Of a stretch of 64,000 bases of DNA, positions 19,595 to 34,190 are shown one piece after another. The DNA is taken from assembly GCA_965215605.1 (NCBI GenBank), contig OZ244070.1, forward strand, positions 1,312,001 through 1,376,000. The letters run 5' to 3'. Both the position numbers and the translations under genes were made by a program. The notes under the pieces were generated by a model, which searched no databases, was not told the DNA's origin, and saw only the letters and a list, made by a program, of their open reading frames with translations. Positions within the stretch are counted from its first letter, which is position 1; each line of letters opens with the position of its first letter. The DNA is from an uncultured Candidatus Binatia bacterium (GTDB taxonomy: Bacteria > Desulfobacterota > Binatia > UBA9968 > JAJDTQ01).

Positions 19595-20206
19595 TCAGCT
19601 CCGCTCCACCTGTATGAAGTCCAGCTCCACCGGGGTCGCCCGGCCAAAGATGCTTATAAGCACTCGGAGCTTGCCCTTGTCGGGCTTCACTTCCTCGACG
19701 ACTCCGTTGAACTCCGAGAAGGGTCCGTCGATGACCTTCACGCTTTCACCCACCGAGAACACCACCCGGGGCCGGGGCCGCACCGCCCCCTCCTCCATCT
19801 GGTGGGTTATCTCGCTCACTTCCTCTTCACTGACCCACGGCGGTTGCGTGGTGCCGCCCACGAACCCGGTGACCTTCGGCGTGGACTTGACGATGTGCCA
19901 GGTCTCGTCGTCCATCGCCATGTGAACCAGGATGTAGCCGGGGAAGAATTTCCGCGACGACGTCCGCTTCTTGCCCTTCACCAACTCGACGACCTTCTCC
20001 GCCGGCACGAGAATCTCGCCGAACCGGTCAAGCTTCTCCTCCAACGCCTTGATCTTGTCCTGCTTCTCCGGATCGTCCCCGGCCATCAACTCCTTGACAT
20101 GATTCTCCACCTTGCCCTTGGACGCCTTGATCCCCTCCTCCAGAGCGGCCTTGGCCTTGTGTTCGAACCCGGCGAAGGTGTGGACGACATACCAGTGCTT
20201 TTCCAT
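19595..20206 (-). CDS. nusG: Transcription termination/antitermination factor NusG (with N-domain insertion)
   Basis: [28 protein letters not shown] domain [11 protein letters not shown]...[11 protein letters not shown]. Confidence 0.98.
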   Translation of the reverse strand: MEKHWYVVHTFAGFEHKAKAALEEGIKASKGKVENHVKELMAGDDPEKQDKIKALEEKLDRFGEILVPAEKVVELVKGKKRTSSRKFFPGYILVHMAMDDETWHIVKSTPKVTGFVGGTTQPPWVSEEEVSEITHQMEEGAVRPRPRVVFSVGESVKVIDGPFSEFNGVVEEVKPDKGKLRVLISIFGRATPVELDFIQVERS

Positions 20207-20222
20207 GGGATACCCGGTTGCC

Positions 20223-20435
20223 TCAGCGCAACAGCCACTGCCTCGCGTACGAAAGCAGGAAATCGACCAGGCCGAGATAAATGGCGAAAAAAATCACCAC
20301 CAGCACCACGACCCCGGTTGCCGCGTAGGTCTCCCTCCTGGTGGGCCAGTGCACCCGCTTGAGCTCCTGCCAGGCTTCGCGAACGAAGTCGGTCAGCCGC
20401 CCCACGGAGGCGAACGAATCAGTGAGTTTTTCCAT
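20223..20435 (-). CDS. secE: Preprotein translocase subunit SecE
   Basis: FVREAWQELKRVHWPTRRE plus one TM helix; lies between tRNA-Trp and nusG. Confidence 0.95.
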   Translation of the reverse strand: MEKLTDSFASVGRLTDFVREAWQELKRVHWPTRRETYAATGVVVLVVIFFAIYLGLVDFLLSYARQWLLR

Positions 20436-20449
20436 CGCCGGCAATAAGC

Positions 20450-20526
20450 TGGCGGGTCAGGCAGGACTCGAACCTGCAACAGCCGGATTTGGAGTCCGGT
20501 GCTCTACCAATTGGAGCTACTGACCC
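20450..20526 (-). tRNA. tRNA-Trp(CCA)
   Basis: GGGTCAG acceptor stem, anticodon loop CTCCAAA, GGTTCGAGTCC, encoded CCA. Confidence 0.97.
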
Positions 20527-20538
20527 GGTTCGGCTGCC

Positions 20539-20691
20539 TCAGACCCGGATTTCCTTGTGCGCCGTGTGGGTACGACAATGAGCGCAGAACTTCTTGAATT
20601 CGAGCTTGTCCGTGGTTTTCTTCTTGTTCTTGGTCGTGGTGTAATTCTTCCGTTTGCATTGGTCACAGGCGAGCCCCACCAAGTCACGCAT
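20539..20691 (-). CDS. rpmG: 50S ribosomal protein L33 (Zn-binding C+ form)
   Basis: Not in the ORF track; manual translation MRDLVGLACDQCKRKNYTTTKNKKKTTDKLEFKKFCAHCRTHTAHKEIRV. Confidence 0.97.
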   Translation of the reverse strand: MRDLVGLACDQCKRKNYTTTKNKKKTTDKLEFKKFCAHCRTHTAHKEIRV

Positions 20692-20703
20692 CTCTCACCC
20701 CCG

Positions 20704-21894
<1,191 letters not shown>

Positions 21895-21948
21895 CTTCTC
21901 CTCCTCTAGATTTCACCTGGTCTGATTCAATGGCTTACAAACAGGCAA

Positions 21949-22021
21949 AGCCCAGGAGCGGGCTTGAACCGCCGACCTCGTCCTTACCAAGGACGTGCTC
22001 TACCGACTGAGCTACCTGGGC
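21949..22021 (-). tRNA. tRNA-Thr(GGT), CCA not encoded
   Basis: GCCCAGGTAGCTCAG...CTTGGTAAGG...GGTTCAAGCCC. Confidence 0.95.
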
Positions 22022-22145
22022 ATGGGGTCCCGCACGACCGTGGCGTCCGATCCGCCTGGCCGCGTTCCACGGGTTCTCGTGTGGTGTCTTCGTTCAGCGC
22101 CGGGGCCTCGAGAACGAGCCTCCCGGCATCCACACCGGTTCACAA

Positions 22146-22222
22146 TGGAGCGGGAAACGGGATTCGAACCCGCGACCCCGAGCTTGGAAGGCTCGTGCTC
22201 TAGCCAACTGAGCTATTCCCGC
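22146..22222 (-). tRNA. tRNA-Gly(TCC)
   Basis: GCGGGAATAGCTCAG...CTTCCAA...GGTTCGAATCCC...CTCCA. Confidence 0.97.
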
Positions 22223-22261
22223 AAGAAAACGACTCCCGTCGCCCTGGAGTCCTTCAACTGA

Positions 22262-22347
22262 TGGTGGAGAGGGGAGGATTCGAACCTCCGAAGCCGATCG
22301 GCGGCAGATTTACAGTCTGCTCCCTTTGTCCACTCGGGAACCTCTCC
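22262..22347 (-). tRNA. tRNA-Tyr(GTA)
   Basis: GGAGAGGTTCCCGAGTGG...CTGTAAA, long variable arm, ends ACCA. Confidence 0.97.
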
Positions 22348-22425
22348 CTGACTCGTCAATCCCGCTGCTCGCACAAATCGGAACGCCTCGTCACAAGAGG
22401 GCTCCGTTAAATGAAATCGTTGACT

Positions 22426-22500
22426 TGGAGCTGGCGATAGGATTTGAACCTACAACCTGCTGATTACAAATCAGCTGCTCTACCGTTGAGCTACGCCAGC
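22426..22500 (-). tRNA. tRNA-Thr(TGT)
   Basis: GCTGGCGTAGCTCAA...TTTGTAA...GGTTCAAATCC...CTCCA. Confidence 0.97.
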
Positions 22501-22594
22501 GGATGCAGCCGTTGTCACGCGCCCGAGAACAAAAAGCCACACTTCCCCTGTCCCTCTTTCGCAAAACAGGGCAAATGTTGGCTCCGACAAACGG

Positions 22595-22625
22595 AATATA
22601 AAGCATTTGTTATGGGAAATGTCAA
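22595..22625 (-). promoter_or_regulatory. Candidate sigma70 promoter for the tRNA-tuf operon
   Basis: TTGACA (overlapping the rlmB stop) followed by AT-rich TGCTTTATATT at 17-19 nt spacing. Confidence 0.5.
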
Positions 22626-23395
22626 CGGGCCGGGCTTGAAACGGCAGCGAGCCGCTGCCTCGCCAACTCGTAGGCGAACGTGCCCCAGGCCACCCCCACG
22701 TTCAACGAACCCACCCGGCCTTGCATGGGGATGGAGACCAGGTAGTCGCAATTGCGCCGTATCAGCGGCCGGATGCCGCGCTCCTCCCCGCCCAACACGA
22801 CCGCCAGCCTTTCCGGATACGCCGGGTCACACACCCTGCCTTCGGCCTGGGCATCGAGCCCCACCACCCAATAGCCCCTTTCCCGGAGCGCCGAGAGCCC
22901 GCGAAGGAGATTGGGGACCCGGTAGAGCCGGACGCGGTGAGCCGCGCCGGAAGATGCCTTGACCACCGCCGCCGTCACCCCCGCGGCCCGGTCCCTGGGT
23001 ATGACGACGTGGCCGACGCCCATGGCCTCGGAAGTGCGCAGGATGCCGCCGAGGTTCCGCGGGTCCACCACTCCGTCCAGGAACAGGACGCAGTCCGGAG
23101 CCTCGGCAGCGGGCGCCGCCAACAGCGCGTCGAAAGAGCCGTAGGCGAAGGGCGCCGCGCGGACGGCGACTCCTTGATGCCGCCCCCCCCGGGTCAGGGC
23201 GCTCAGGGCGCGGGCGTCGATCTCGGAGACCCGGCAACGCTCCTGCCGGGCGGCCTGCTCCACCCGGCTCAGCGCGGAGCCCCGCCGGCCGCTCACCAAC
23301 AAGACCTCGATGATGTCGCCGGGTGCGGCCCTGAGCTTTTCCAGCACCGGGTGAATGCCATAGATCAACGCCGGGCTCTGGATTGAGGAATTCAT
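22622..23395 (-). CDS. rlmB: 23S rRNA (G2251-2'-O)-methyltransferase RlmB, SPOUT/TrmH family
   Basis: IYGIHPV, HQGV, LDGVVDPRNLGGILRTS, VLGGEERGIR, IPMQGRVGSLNV. Confidence 0.9.
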   Translation of the reverse strand: MNSSIQSPALIYGIHPVLEKLRAAPGDIIEVLLVSGRRGSALSRVEQAARQERCRVSEIDARALSALTRGGRHQGVAVRAAPFAYGSFDALLAAPAAEAPDCVLFLDGVVDPRNLGGILRTSEAMGVGHVVIPRDRAAGVTAAVVKASSGAAHRVRLYRVPNLLRGLSALRERGYWVVGLDAQAEGRVCDPAYPERLAVVLGGEERGIRPLIRRNCDYLVSIPMQGRVGSLNVGVAWGTFAYELARQRLAAVSSPAR

Positions 23396-23409
23396 CAAAG
23401 ACAGTTACC

Positions 23410-24606
23410 ATGGCCGGTGTGCATCGGACCTTGAGCGCGTATGTAGCCGGTCAGATCATCCCGCCTTTCCTGGTCGGTCTTCTTGCCTTCACCCTGGTGT
23501 TCCTCACCGGCCGCATCGTGCAGCTCATCGAGCTGGTCGTCAGCCGCGGCGCCCCCTTGAGCCAGATCGGGAAACTCTTCGCGTTCATCCTGCCGACGCT
23601 GCTGGAAACGACGCTGCCCATGGCCTTCCTGCTGGGCATTCTCTACGGCTGCGGCCGCCTTTCGCGGGACAGCGAGACGCTGGCCTTCAAGGCCTGTGGC
23701 GTGGGACCTTTCCACTTTCTGACGCCCGTGGCGCTGGTGGCCGTCGTGGTATCGGTGCTGACCCTCGGTTTGTCGATCTTCGTGCGGCCGGCCGCCAACA
23801 TGGCGGTCAAGAGGGAACTCTACGCCGTCGCCAAGAACCGGGCCGGATCACTGCTCAGGGAAAACGTGTTCAACGACCTTTTCCCCAAGGTGCTGATCTA
23901 TATTGACAAGGTCGTTCCTCCGGGGAACACCTTCCAGGGTGTCTTGATCGTCGACCAGCGGGACGAGGCCGCGGAGAATCTTATCATCGCGCGGGTAGGC
24001 GTGCTACTGTCCGACAAGGAGACCGACTCCATCGGCCTGCGGCTGTTCGACGGCAGGATCCATGAGCGCAGGGACCCCGTGGACGGATTCAGCCAGACAT
24101 CGTTCAACGTCTACGACCTGAACCTCCAACTGGACCGCATCCTGTCGCCGCTGAACCGCGGGCAGCGAAGCCCCATGGAGATGCCGCTGCAACCGCTGCG
24201 CGAGACCATCCGGTCCAGGTTCGCGCAGGGGATGGACGCCATCCCGGAAAGGCTGGAGCTGCACCGGAGATTCTCTTTACCGTTCGCGCCGCTGGTATTC
24301 GCCTTGCTGGGCATCGCCATCGTGCTGACGAGGAACCCATCGGCGCGGGGGCGTTCACAGGGAGTTGCCTCGTGCGTTGCCTGGCTGTTCGCCTACTACG
24401 CCCTGCTCTCGGTGGGGACGGCCATGGGGGAGAACGGCAAGTTGCCGCCGTGGCTGGCGCTGTGGTTGCCCAACATCGCCGTCGGACTCATCTCCCTCTA
24501 CCTGTTCCTCGGGACCTTCCGCGAGTCTCGCTTGGACATGAGGCCCCGGAGCTGGATTCGGGTCCTGGGCCGAAGACGCCCGAGCCGGCAGGCCGCGGCA
24601 AAATGA
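23410..24606 (+). CDS. lptF: LPS export ABC transporter permease LptF
   Basis: YjgP/YjgQ-family pattern: LPMAFLLG...GRLSRDSETLAFKACG, ELHRRFSLP, WLPN. Confidence 0.85.
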   Translation: MAGVHRTLSAYVAGQIIPPFLVGLLAFTLVFLTGRIVQLIELVVSRGAPLSQIGKLFAFILPTLLETTLPMAFLLGILYGCGRLSRDSETLAFKACGVGPFHFLTPVALVAVVVSVLTLGLSIFVRPAANMAVKRELYAVAKNRAGSLLRENVFNDLFPKVLIYIDKVVPPGNTFQGVLIVDQRDEAAENLIIARVGVLLSDKETDSIGLRLFDGRIHERRDPVDGFSQTSFNVYDLNLQLDRILSPLNRGQRSPMEMPLQPLRETIRSRFAQGMDAIPERLELHRRFSLPFAPLVFALLGIAIVLTRNPSARGRSQGVASCVAWLFAYYALLSVGTAMGENGKLPPWLALWLPNIAVGLISLYLFLGTFRESRLDMRPRSWIRVLGRRRPSRQAAAK

Positions 24607-24658
24607 CCGCGGCGCCGCGGTCCCTGCCGCAATCTCCCGCGCGTCCTTGTCAACCGGT

Positions 24659-25738
24659 ATGTGGGACACAACGCTAGATCGTTACTTGCTGAGGCAGTTC
24701 TTCCGCGTGTTCTGCGCGACGCTGCTGGTGGTGATCCTGTTGCACCTCGCCAGCGACATCTTCAACCGTGTCGACAACTTCATGGGCAGTGGGGCCACCC
24801 TGTCGACGGCCGTGTGGTTCTTCATCTACCGGTTGCCGCTCATGATCTCCCGCGTCATCGGCTTCGCCGCGCTGTTCGCCGCTTTCCTGACCCTCGGCTC
24901 ACTGGCGCAGGGCAACGAACTGGTGGCCATGGGCGCCTCCGGCATCAGCCTCCACCGGCTTACGCTGCCGTTCCTGCTGGCCGCCCTCGGCCTCAGCGCC
25001 GCCGCGTTTGTATGGAACGAAACCGCGGTACCCGTTTCCACGCGGCAGGCCAAGCACATCTACGACGTGGAGGTGCACAAGAAGAAGCGGCAATCGGTCT
25101 TTGGCGACAGGGAAATCTGGATGCGGAGCAGCGGCGCATTCATTCGGGCCGACGACTTCGACACGGAGGCCAACAGGCTCCATGGGCTGGTGATCTACCG
25201 GATCACTCCCGAGTTCACGATGGAAGGGCTCATCGAAACGCCGTCGGCGACCTGGAACGGCAAAGGCTGGGTACCGTACGGGGGCACGGAGTGGCGTTTG
25301 CTGGAGGGAGAGAACCTCGACCGGCGAGCGCTCGGGTCAACCCTGCCGCTCGACCAACAGCCGGAAGACTTCCGCATCTTCGCCCGTTCGCCCGACGAGT
25401 TCAGCTACTTCGAGTTGCGGCAGCGGATCGCCGACCTGCAGACCAAGGGGGTCGACACGGTACGCGACAGGGTCCATCTGCACACCAAGCTGGCGATCCC
25501 GCTGGTAACGCCCCTGATCATACTGATGGCCGTGGCGTTCGCGGTCAAGCCCGGGCGGAAGGGAGGCCTCGCCCTCAACTTCGGCCTGACCATCGCGATT
25601 GGATTTTCCTACTGGGTGCTGCTGGGCTTTTGCGTATCGCTAGGCAGGGCCGGGGCGATGCAGCCCTGGCTTGCCGCGTGGTTGCCGAACATGCTGACGG
25701 GGTTGTTGAGCCTGTATCTGTACACAGGCTCGGAATGA
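24659..25738 (+). CDS. lptG: LPS export ABC transporter permease LptG
   Basis: TLDRYLLRQF, NELVAMGASGIS, LHTKLAIP, LAAWLPN; tandem with lptF. Confidence 0.85.
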   Translation: MWDTTLDRYLLRQFFRVFCATLLVVILLHLASDIFNRVDNFMGSGATLSTAVWFFIYRLPLMISRVIGFAALFAAFLTLGSLAQGNELVAMGASGISLHRLTLPFLLAALGLSAAAFVWNETAVPVSTRQAKHIYDVEVHKKKRQSVFGDREIWMRSSGAFIRADDFDTEANRLHGLVIYRITPEFTMEGLIETPSATWNGKGWVPYGGTEWRLLEGENLDRRALGSTLPLDQQPEDFRIFARSPDEFSYFELRQRIADLQTKGVDTVRDRVHLHTKLAIPLVTPLIILMAVAFAVKPGRKGGLALNFGLTIAIGFSYWVLLGFCVSLGRAGAMQPWLAAWLPNMLTGLLSLYLYTGSE

Positions 25739-25765
25739 AGCAGGCGGGGGATACCCGGCCGACGA

Positions 25766-26158
25766 TCAACGCTTGGAGAACTGCGGCCGCTTCCGTGCCT
25801 TGTGCCGGCCGTATTTCTTCCTCTCCACCGCGCGGGGGTCTCGGGTGACGTAACCCGCCTTCTTGAGCGGGGGGCGGAACCCTTCGTCGACCTGCATCAA
25901 GGCGCGCGTGATACCGTGCCGGATGGCGCCGGCCTGACCCGAGATTCCGCCGCCCTTGACGTTGGCGACGATGTCGAAGTCTCCCAGGGTGCGGGTCACG
26001 TGGAAGGGCTGGCGGACGATCATCCTGGCCGTTTCACGACCGAAATAGTCCTCCAGCAACCGGCTGTTGATCCGGATGTCGCCGTTGCCCCGCTTCAGAT
26101 AGATGCGCGCAACGGAGGTCTTGCGCCTGCCGGTGGCGTATATGGGTTCGTCCGCCAT
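25766..26158 (-). CDS. rpsI: 30S ribosomal protein S9
   Basis: [12 protein letters not shown]...[19 protein letters not shown]...ERKKYG...QFSKR. Confidence 0.99.
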   Translation of the reverse strand: MADEPIYATGRRKTSVARIYLKRGNGDIRINSRLLEDYFGRETARMIVRQPFHVTRTLGDFDIVANVKGGGISGQAGAIRHGITRALMQVDEGFRPPLKKAGYVTRDPRAVERKKYGRHKARKRPQFSKR

Positions 26159-26169
26159 GATGTCGTTCT

Positions 26170-26610
26170 CTAACCGCTAATCTCGAGCGGCTCGGGCAAC
26201 TGGGCCTGATGCGGATGCTCGGGGCCGCGGTAGACCTTGAGCTTGTCAAGCTGGCCGCGTCCCAGACGGTTCTTCGGCAACATGCCCTTCACCGCCAGAC
26301 GCACCACCTGCTCGGGTTTCTTTTCCCGCATCTCGGAAAGAGTTGCGACGCGCAACCCGCCGGGATAGCCGGTATGGCGATAGTAGCGCTTGTCGCTCTC
26401 CTTCGCGCCGGTGAGCTTGACGCGTTTGGCGTTGACGACGATGACGAAATCGCCCGCGTCCACGTGCGGGCTGAACGCCGGCTTGTGCTTGCCGCGCAGG
26501 ACCCTGGCAATCTCCGTCGCCATTCGTCCTAGAACCTTGTCCTCGGCGTCGATGATGTACCACCGGCGCTGGGCCAAGGACTGTTCTCTTGTCATCTGAA
26601 CCGTTCGCAT
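26170..26610 (-). CDS. rplM: 50S ribosomal protein L13
   Basis: [13 protein letters not shown]...LRGKHKP...[10 protein letters not shown]...AVKGMLPK; start trimmed to MRTVQM. Confidence 0.98.
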   Translation of the reverse strand: MRTVQMTREQSLAQRRWYIIDAEDKVLGRMATEIARVLRGKHKPAFSPHVDAGDFVIVVNAKRVKLTGAKESDKRYYRHTGYPGGLRVATLSEMREKKPEQVVRLAVKGMLPKNRLGRGQLDKLKVYRGPEHPHQAQLPEPLEISG

Positions 26611-26629
26611 CTCGCTCACAATGAATGTT

Positions 26630-26706
26630 TGGCGGGGCCGACGAGACTCGAACTCGCGACCTCCGGCGTGACAGGCCGGCGTTCTAACCAGCTGAACTAC
26701 GGCCCC
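26630..26706 (-). tRNA. tRNA-Asp(GTC)
   Basis: GGGGCCGTAGTTCAG...CTGTCAC...AGTTCGAGTCTC...GCCA. Confidence 0.97.
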
Positions 26707-26806
26707 GAACCAAGAGGGATCTATACCGGTTATCGTCGACGATTGCAACCACGGCGTCCCATCACACGCATTTCCGTCCGCGCGACGCCGCGCCTGGAGG
26801 AACGAA

Positions 26807-26879
26807 TGGGCGGTACAGGACTTGAACCTGTGACCCCCGGCTTGTAAGGCCGATGCTCTCCCAACTGAGCTAACCGCCC
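26807..26879 (-). tRNA. tRNA-Val(TAC), CCA not encoded
   Basis: GGGCGGTTAGCTCAG...CTTACAA...GGTTCAAGTCC. Confidence 0.96.
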
Positions 26880-26902
26880 GAACCCTGGGGACACGATACC
26901 CG

Positions 26903-29365
<2,463 letters not shown>

Positions 29366-29377
29366 CGGTAACCCCTC

Positions 29378-30631
<1,254 letters not shown>

Positions 30632-30643
30632 CGAAGTTCCCCC

Positions 30644-31246
30644 TCACCCCTTTGTGTTTACGTCAAGGCGACTGGTGATCACTTCATCCACCAATCCGTA
30701 CTCCAGCGCCTTTTGCCCGGTCATGAACAGGTCCCTGTCCGTATCCCGCTCGATTCGCTTCAGCGACTGACCGGTGTGCTTGACGAGAATCGCGCCCAGC
30801 TCCTCCCGCATTCGCAGAATCTCGCGCGCCTGGATGTCGACGTCGGCCGCGGTCCCCTGAAACCCGCCCAGGGGCTGATGGATCATGATGCGCGAATGCG
30901 GCAGCGCGTAGCGTTTGCCCTTCTCGCCGGCGGCGAGCAGGACCGCGCCCATGCTGGCCGCCTGACCCAGACAGACCGTGGAAACCTGCGGGCGAATGTA
31001 CTGGATGGTGTCGTAGATGGCCAGACCGGCGGTCACGGAGCCGCCCGGCGAGTTGATGTAGAAGTAGATGTCGCGCTCCGGGTCTTCCGACTCCAGGAAC
31101 AGCAACTGCGCGGTGATGAGGTTGGCGACCTCGTCTACGACGGCGCTACCCAGAAAAACGATCCGGTCCTTGAGGAGTCGGGAGTAGATATCATAAGCGC
31201 GCTCGCCTCGACCGGTCTGCTCTACGACAAAAGGAATGAAGTTCAT
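30644..31246 (-). CDS. clpP: ATP-dependent Clp protease proteolytic subunit ClpP
   Basis: [30 protein letters not shown]. Confidence 0.99.
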   Translation of the reverse strand: MNFIPFVVEQTGRGERAYDIYSRLLKDRIVFLGSAVVDEVANLITAQLLFLESEDPERDIYFYINSPGGSVTAGLAIYDTIQYIRPQVSTVCLGQAASMGAVLLAAGEKGKRYALPHSRIMIHQPLGGFQGTAADVDIQAREILRMREELGAILVKHTGQSLKRIERDTDRDLFMTGQKALEYGLVDEVITSRLDVNTKG

Positions 31247-31305
31247 GTTGCCTCAACCCGAGTGGCGACGCCACCAGGAAAGTCTATCCTCTTTTGTTTT
31301 CGCCA

Positions 31306-32601
31306 TCAACCGTTTTCCGGAGGCTCCACCACCGTGACCTCCGCCTCCCGCAGCAGGAAATCCAACGTCTTCTCGGACACGAGCTGGGAGCGGAGCGTCT
31401 CCCGCGCCCAATCCTGTCCATACTGCCGGCGCACCGCCGCCCCCTGGTCTCCGCTGGCCCGCGCCACCGCCTCGATGCGGCCGTCCACCTCCTCCTCGGA
31501 AGCCGTGATCCCTTCCGCCGCGGCGATCCTTTCGATCAGCAGCATCATCTTGACGCGGCGCTCCGCCTGCGGCCTCAGCTCTTCCCTGAGCTCGTCGGTG
31601 GTCGGCTCCGGCGCATCCGGCGCGGACAGCTCCCGCTGGCTCGCGGCGCGGCGCGCGAGGTACGACAACTCCCGATCGACCATGGACGGAGAGACCTCGA
31701 AGTCGTGCTCCTCCATGAGCCGCTCCACGATGCGATCCTTCAACTGCCGGTCCTGAAACGCCTCGATCTCGCTCTGCAGCTCCGAGCGCAGCTTCTCGCG
31801 CAACTCCTCGAGCGTTTCGCACTCGCCGTAGTCCCGCGCGAACTCGTCGTCCAGGGCCGGCAGCACCTTGTTGCGTATCTCCTTGACCGTCACCTCGAAA
31901 TCGGCCGTCTTCCCGGCCAGGCGCTCATCCCCGAGATCCGCGGGAAAGTTCACCGCGATGGTCCGGGGCGCGTCGCGCTCCATTCCCACCAGACCCCGCT
32001 CGAACTCCGGCAAGGCCTTGCCCGCACCCACCTCGACCGGATAGCTCTCCGCCGTGCTGCCCGGAAAGGCCTCGCCGTCCACCGAGCCCGCGAAGTCGAT
32101 GAACACGTAGTCGCCGTCCTCCACCCGGTCACGCCCCTCCACCGGCTCCAGTTGTCCGTTCCGGTCCTGAAGTCCCTTCAGGGCGCGTTCCAGGTCCTCG
32201 TCCTCCACGCCGGCGCGTACGCGCTCGACCGGCACGGCACGATAGTTCTTGAGCTCGATGTCAGGCTTCACCTCGATGACGGCGGTGAACGCGAACGGCA
32301 GCCCCTCGTCCAGCTCACCGGTCTCGAGCCGCGGCTCGGACACCGGTTCGAGCCCCTGTTCCTTCATGGCGCCGGCGAGCGATTCTTCCACCAGCTCGGA
32401 CAGGGCCTGTGCCTGGATGTCGGTACCGTAGAGGCCGCGCAATATGTGCTGCGGGATCTTGCCCGCGCGAAAACCGCGCACCTTCGCCTGCCGTCCGACC
32501 TGCCGGTAGATGCGGGCGAACGCCTTGCCGACCCGGTCGGCCGGCACCTCCAGCCGAAGCTTTCTCTGCGTCGGCGTCAACACCTCGACTTCACACTTCA
32601 T
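31306..32601 (-). CDS. tig: Trigger factor
   Basis: GFRAGKIP ribosome-binding motif, FKBP domain; lies upstream of clpP; start MKCEVEV. Confidence 0.96.
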   Translation of the reverse strand: MKCEVEVLTPTQRKLRLEVPADRVGKAFARIYRQVGRQAKVRGFRAGKIPQHILRGLYGTDIQAQALSELVEESLAGAMKEQGLEPVSEPRLETGELDEGLPFAFTAVIEVKPDIELKNYRAVPVERVRAGVEDEDLERALKGLQDRNGQLEPVEGRDRVEDGDYVFIDFAGSVDGEAFPGSTAESYPVEVGAGKALPEFERGLVGMERDAPRTIAVNFPADLGDERLAGKTADFEVTVKEIRNKVLPALDDEFARDYGECETLEELREKLRSELQSEIEAFQDRQLKDRIVERLMEEHDFEVSPSMVDRELSYLARRAASQRELSAPDAPEPTTDELREELRPQAERRVKMMLLIERIAAAEGITASEEEVDGRIEAVARASGDQGAAVRRQYGQDWARETLRSQLVSEKTLDFLLREAEVTVVEPPENG

Positions 32602-32715
32602 TCCAGTCCTGCCCCTTGTGGCTCCATTGTGTTTCCAATCCCGCGCGCGCGAGGTTCCCGAATCCGTGTTGCCGATGGAAGGCGAGCCCGCCGTGATGCG
32701 ATGGCGTTTCCTCGA

Positions 32716-32798
32716 TGGTGCGAGAGGGGGGACTCGAACCCCCACGGTTGCCCGCTAGATCCTAAGTCTAGTGCGTCTACCAGTTCCGCCACTCTCGC
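32716..32798 (-). tRNA. tRNA-Leu(TAG)
   Basis: GCGAGAGTGGCGGAACTGGTAGACGC...CTTAGGA...GGTTCGAGTCCC...ACCA. Confidence 0.96.
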
Positions 32799-32932
32799 CT
32801 GCCGGTGGCTTGCCAAAAAGCGCCGCCCATGACCGTGCTGTAGCAACCCCGCGAACCGCAAGTCAAGATAACTCCCGGCCGCGGCGGAGACTGCTCGAGA
32901 ATGTCCGTGAGCCTTGTTGAGGAGGGGGGGAG

Positions 32933-33005
<73 letters not shown>

Positions 33006-33018
33006 ATACGCGCTTTAT

Positions 33019-33096
33019 TGGGGTGAGTGAAGGGACTTGAACCCTCAACCCCTGGAGCCACAGTCCAGTGCTCTAACCAATTGAGCTACACTCACC
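33019..33096 (-). tRNA. tRNA-His(GTG) with G-1
   Basis: GGTGAGTGTAGCTCAA...CTGTGGC...GGTTCAAGTCCC...CCCCA. Confidence 0.96.
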
Positions 33097-33125
33097 AGAA
33101 CACCCGTAACCAAAGCACCTGTTGC

Positions 33126-33202
<77 letters not shown>

Positions 33203-33289
33203 GTCGAACCGTTCCTTCAAGGCCGTTCCCGGTACTCCGTCGACTCCGCGGCTTTTCACGACCCGCCTTCCATGGGTCACGCCGGGGTT

Positions 33290-33366
33290 TGGTCGGGGCG
33301 AGCCGATTTGAACGGCCGACCCCCTGCTCCCAAGGCAGGTGCGCTACCTGGCTGCGCTACGCCCCG
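33290..33366 (-). tRNA. tRNA-Pro(TGG)
   Basis: CGGGGCGTAGCGCAG...CTTGGGA...GTTCAAAT...GACCA. Confidence 0.96.
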
Positions 33367-34137
33367 TCACCGAGTCTGAAGTTTACCTGATGTGGCGCCG
33401 ATATCAAGACTGGCGGCCCGCCGGTCCCGCAGCACCCGTTGCTGGATCTCCAGGATCCGTTGAATGCCGGCGCGGGCGAGGCCGATCAACCGATCGAGCT
33501 GCTCCGCATCGAAGGGTTCCTTCTCGGCCGTCCCCTGGACCTCCACGAACTTGCCCGAGCCGGTCATCACGAAGTTCATGTCCACCTGGGCGTGGTTGTC
33601 CTCGCCCGCGTCGAGGTCCAGCACCGCCTGTCCGTCCACCACCCCGACGCTGACCGCGGCGACGCTGTCTCCGAGCAGTCCCCCGGGCACGGTCTTGTCC
33701 GCCGCCCACTTCTCCATGGCGCAGCACAGGGCCACGTAGGCGCCGGTGATGGAGGCGGTCCGGGTGCCGCCGTCCGCCTGGATGACGTCGCAGTCGAGCC
33801 ACACCGTCCGTTCGCCGAGACAGTCCATGTTCGCCACCGACCGGAGACTGCGTCCGATCAGCCGCTGAATCTCGTGGGTGCGGCCGCCCACCTTGCCGCG
33901 GGAGGACTCTCTGGGTATGCGGGTGGGCGACGACGACGGCAGCATGCCGTACTCCGCCGTGATCCAGCCCCTGCCGGTCTTGCGCAGGAACGGCGGCACG
34001 CGGTCTTCCAGCGTTGCGGCGCAGATGACCCGGGTGTCGCCCATCTCGATCAGGGCCGAGCCGTCGGCGTGCTTGATGAAACCGGGCGTGATGTCGAGGG
34101 GGCGCAAGTCGTGGTCCCCGCGGCCGTTTGTGCGCAT
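33367..34137 (-). CDS. rph: Ribonuclease PH
   Basis: GWITAEYGMLP, GGRTHEIQRLIGRSLR, QADGGTRTASITG, EVQGTAE; start MRTNGR. Confidence 0.98.
   Translation of the reverse strand: MRTNGRGDHDLRPLDITPGFIKHADGSALIEMGDTRVICAATLEDRVPPFLRKTGRGWITAEYGMLPSSSPTRIPRESSRGKVGGRTHEIQRLIGRSLRSVANMDCLGERTVWLDCDVIQADGGTRTASITGAYVALCCAMEKWAADKTVPGGLLGDSVAAVSVGVVDGQAVLDLDAGEDNHAQVDMNFVMTGSGKFVEVQGTAEKEPFDAEQLDRLIGLARAGIQRILEIQQRVLRDRRAASLDIGATSGKLQTR
33380..33407 (-). promoter_or_regulatory. Candidate sigma70 promoter for the tRNA-Pro cluster, inside the rph 3' end
   Basis: TTGATA-16 nt-TAAACT ending 13 nt before tRNA-Pro. Confidence 0.6.
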
Positions 34138-34162
34138 GTCTTGGTCAGCCTCCCGGTGCCGT

Positions 34163-34190
34163 GCGGCCAAGCTTGAAACCCGCCCCTACA
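34163..34190 (-). repeat. GTAG-type REP copy overlapping the aldehyde dehydrogenase stop
   Basis: Minus strand TGTAGGGGCGGGTTTCAAGCTTGGCCGC. Confidence 0.65.

Noticed and set aside
24605-24622. Perfect 18-bp palindrome GACCGCGGCGCCGCGGTC after the lptF stop
   Set aside because: Almost pure GC, no U-tract and no other copy seen; not enough to assign a function
25738-25765. GCAGGCGGGGGATACCCGGCCG between lptG and rpsI as another REP copy
   Set aside because: Too degenerate to align confidently with the GTAG family
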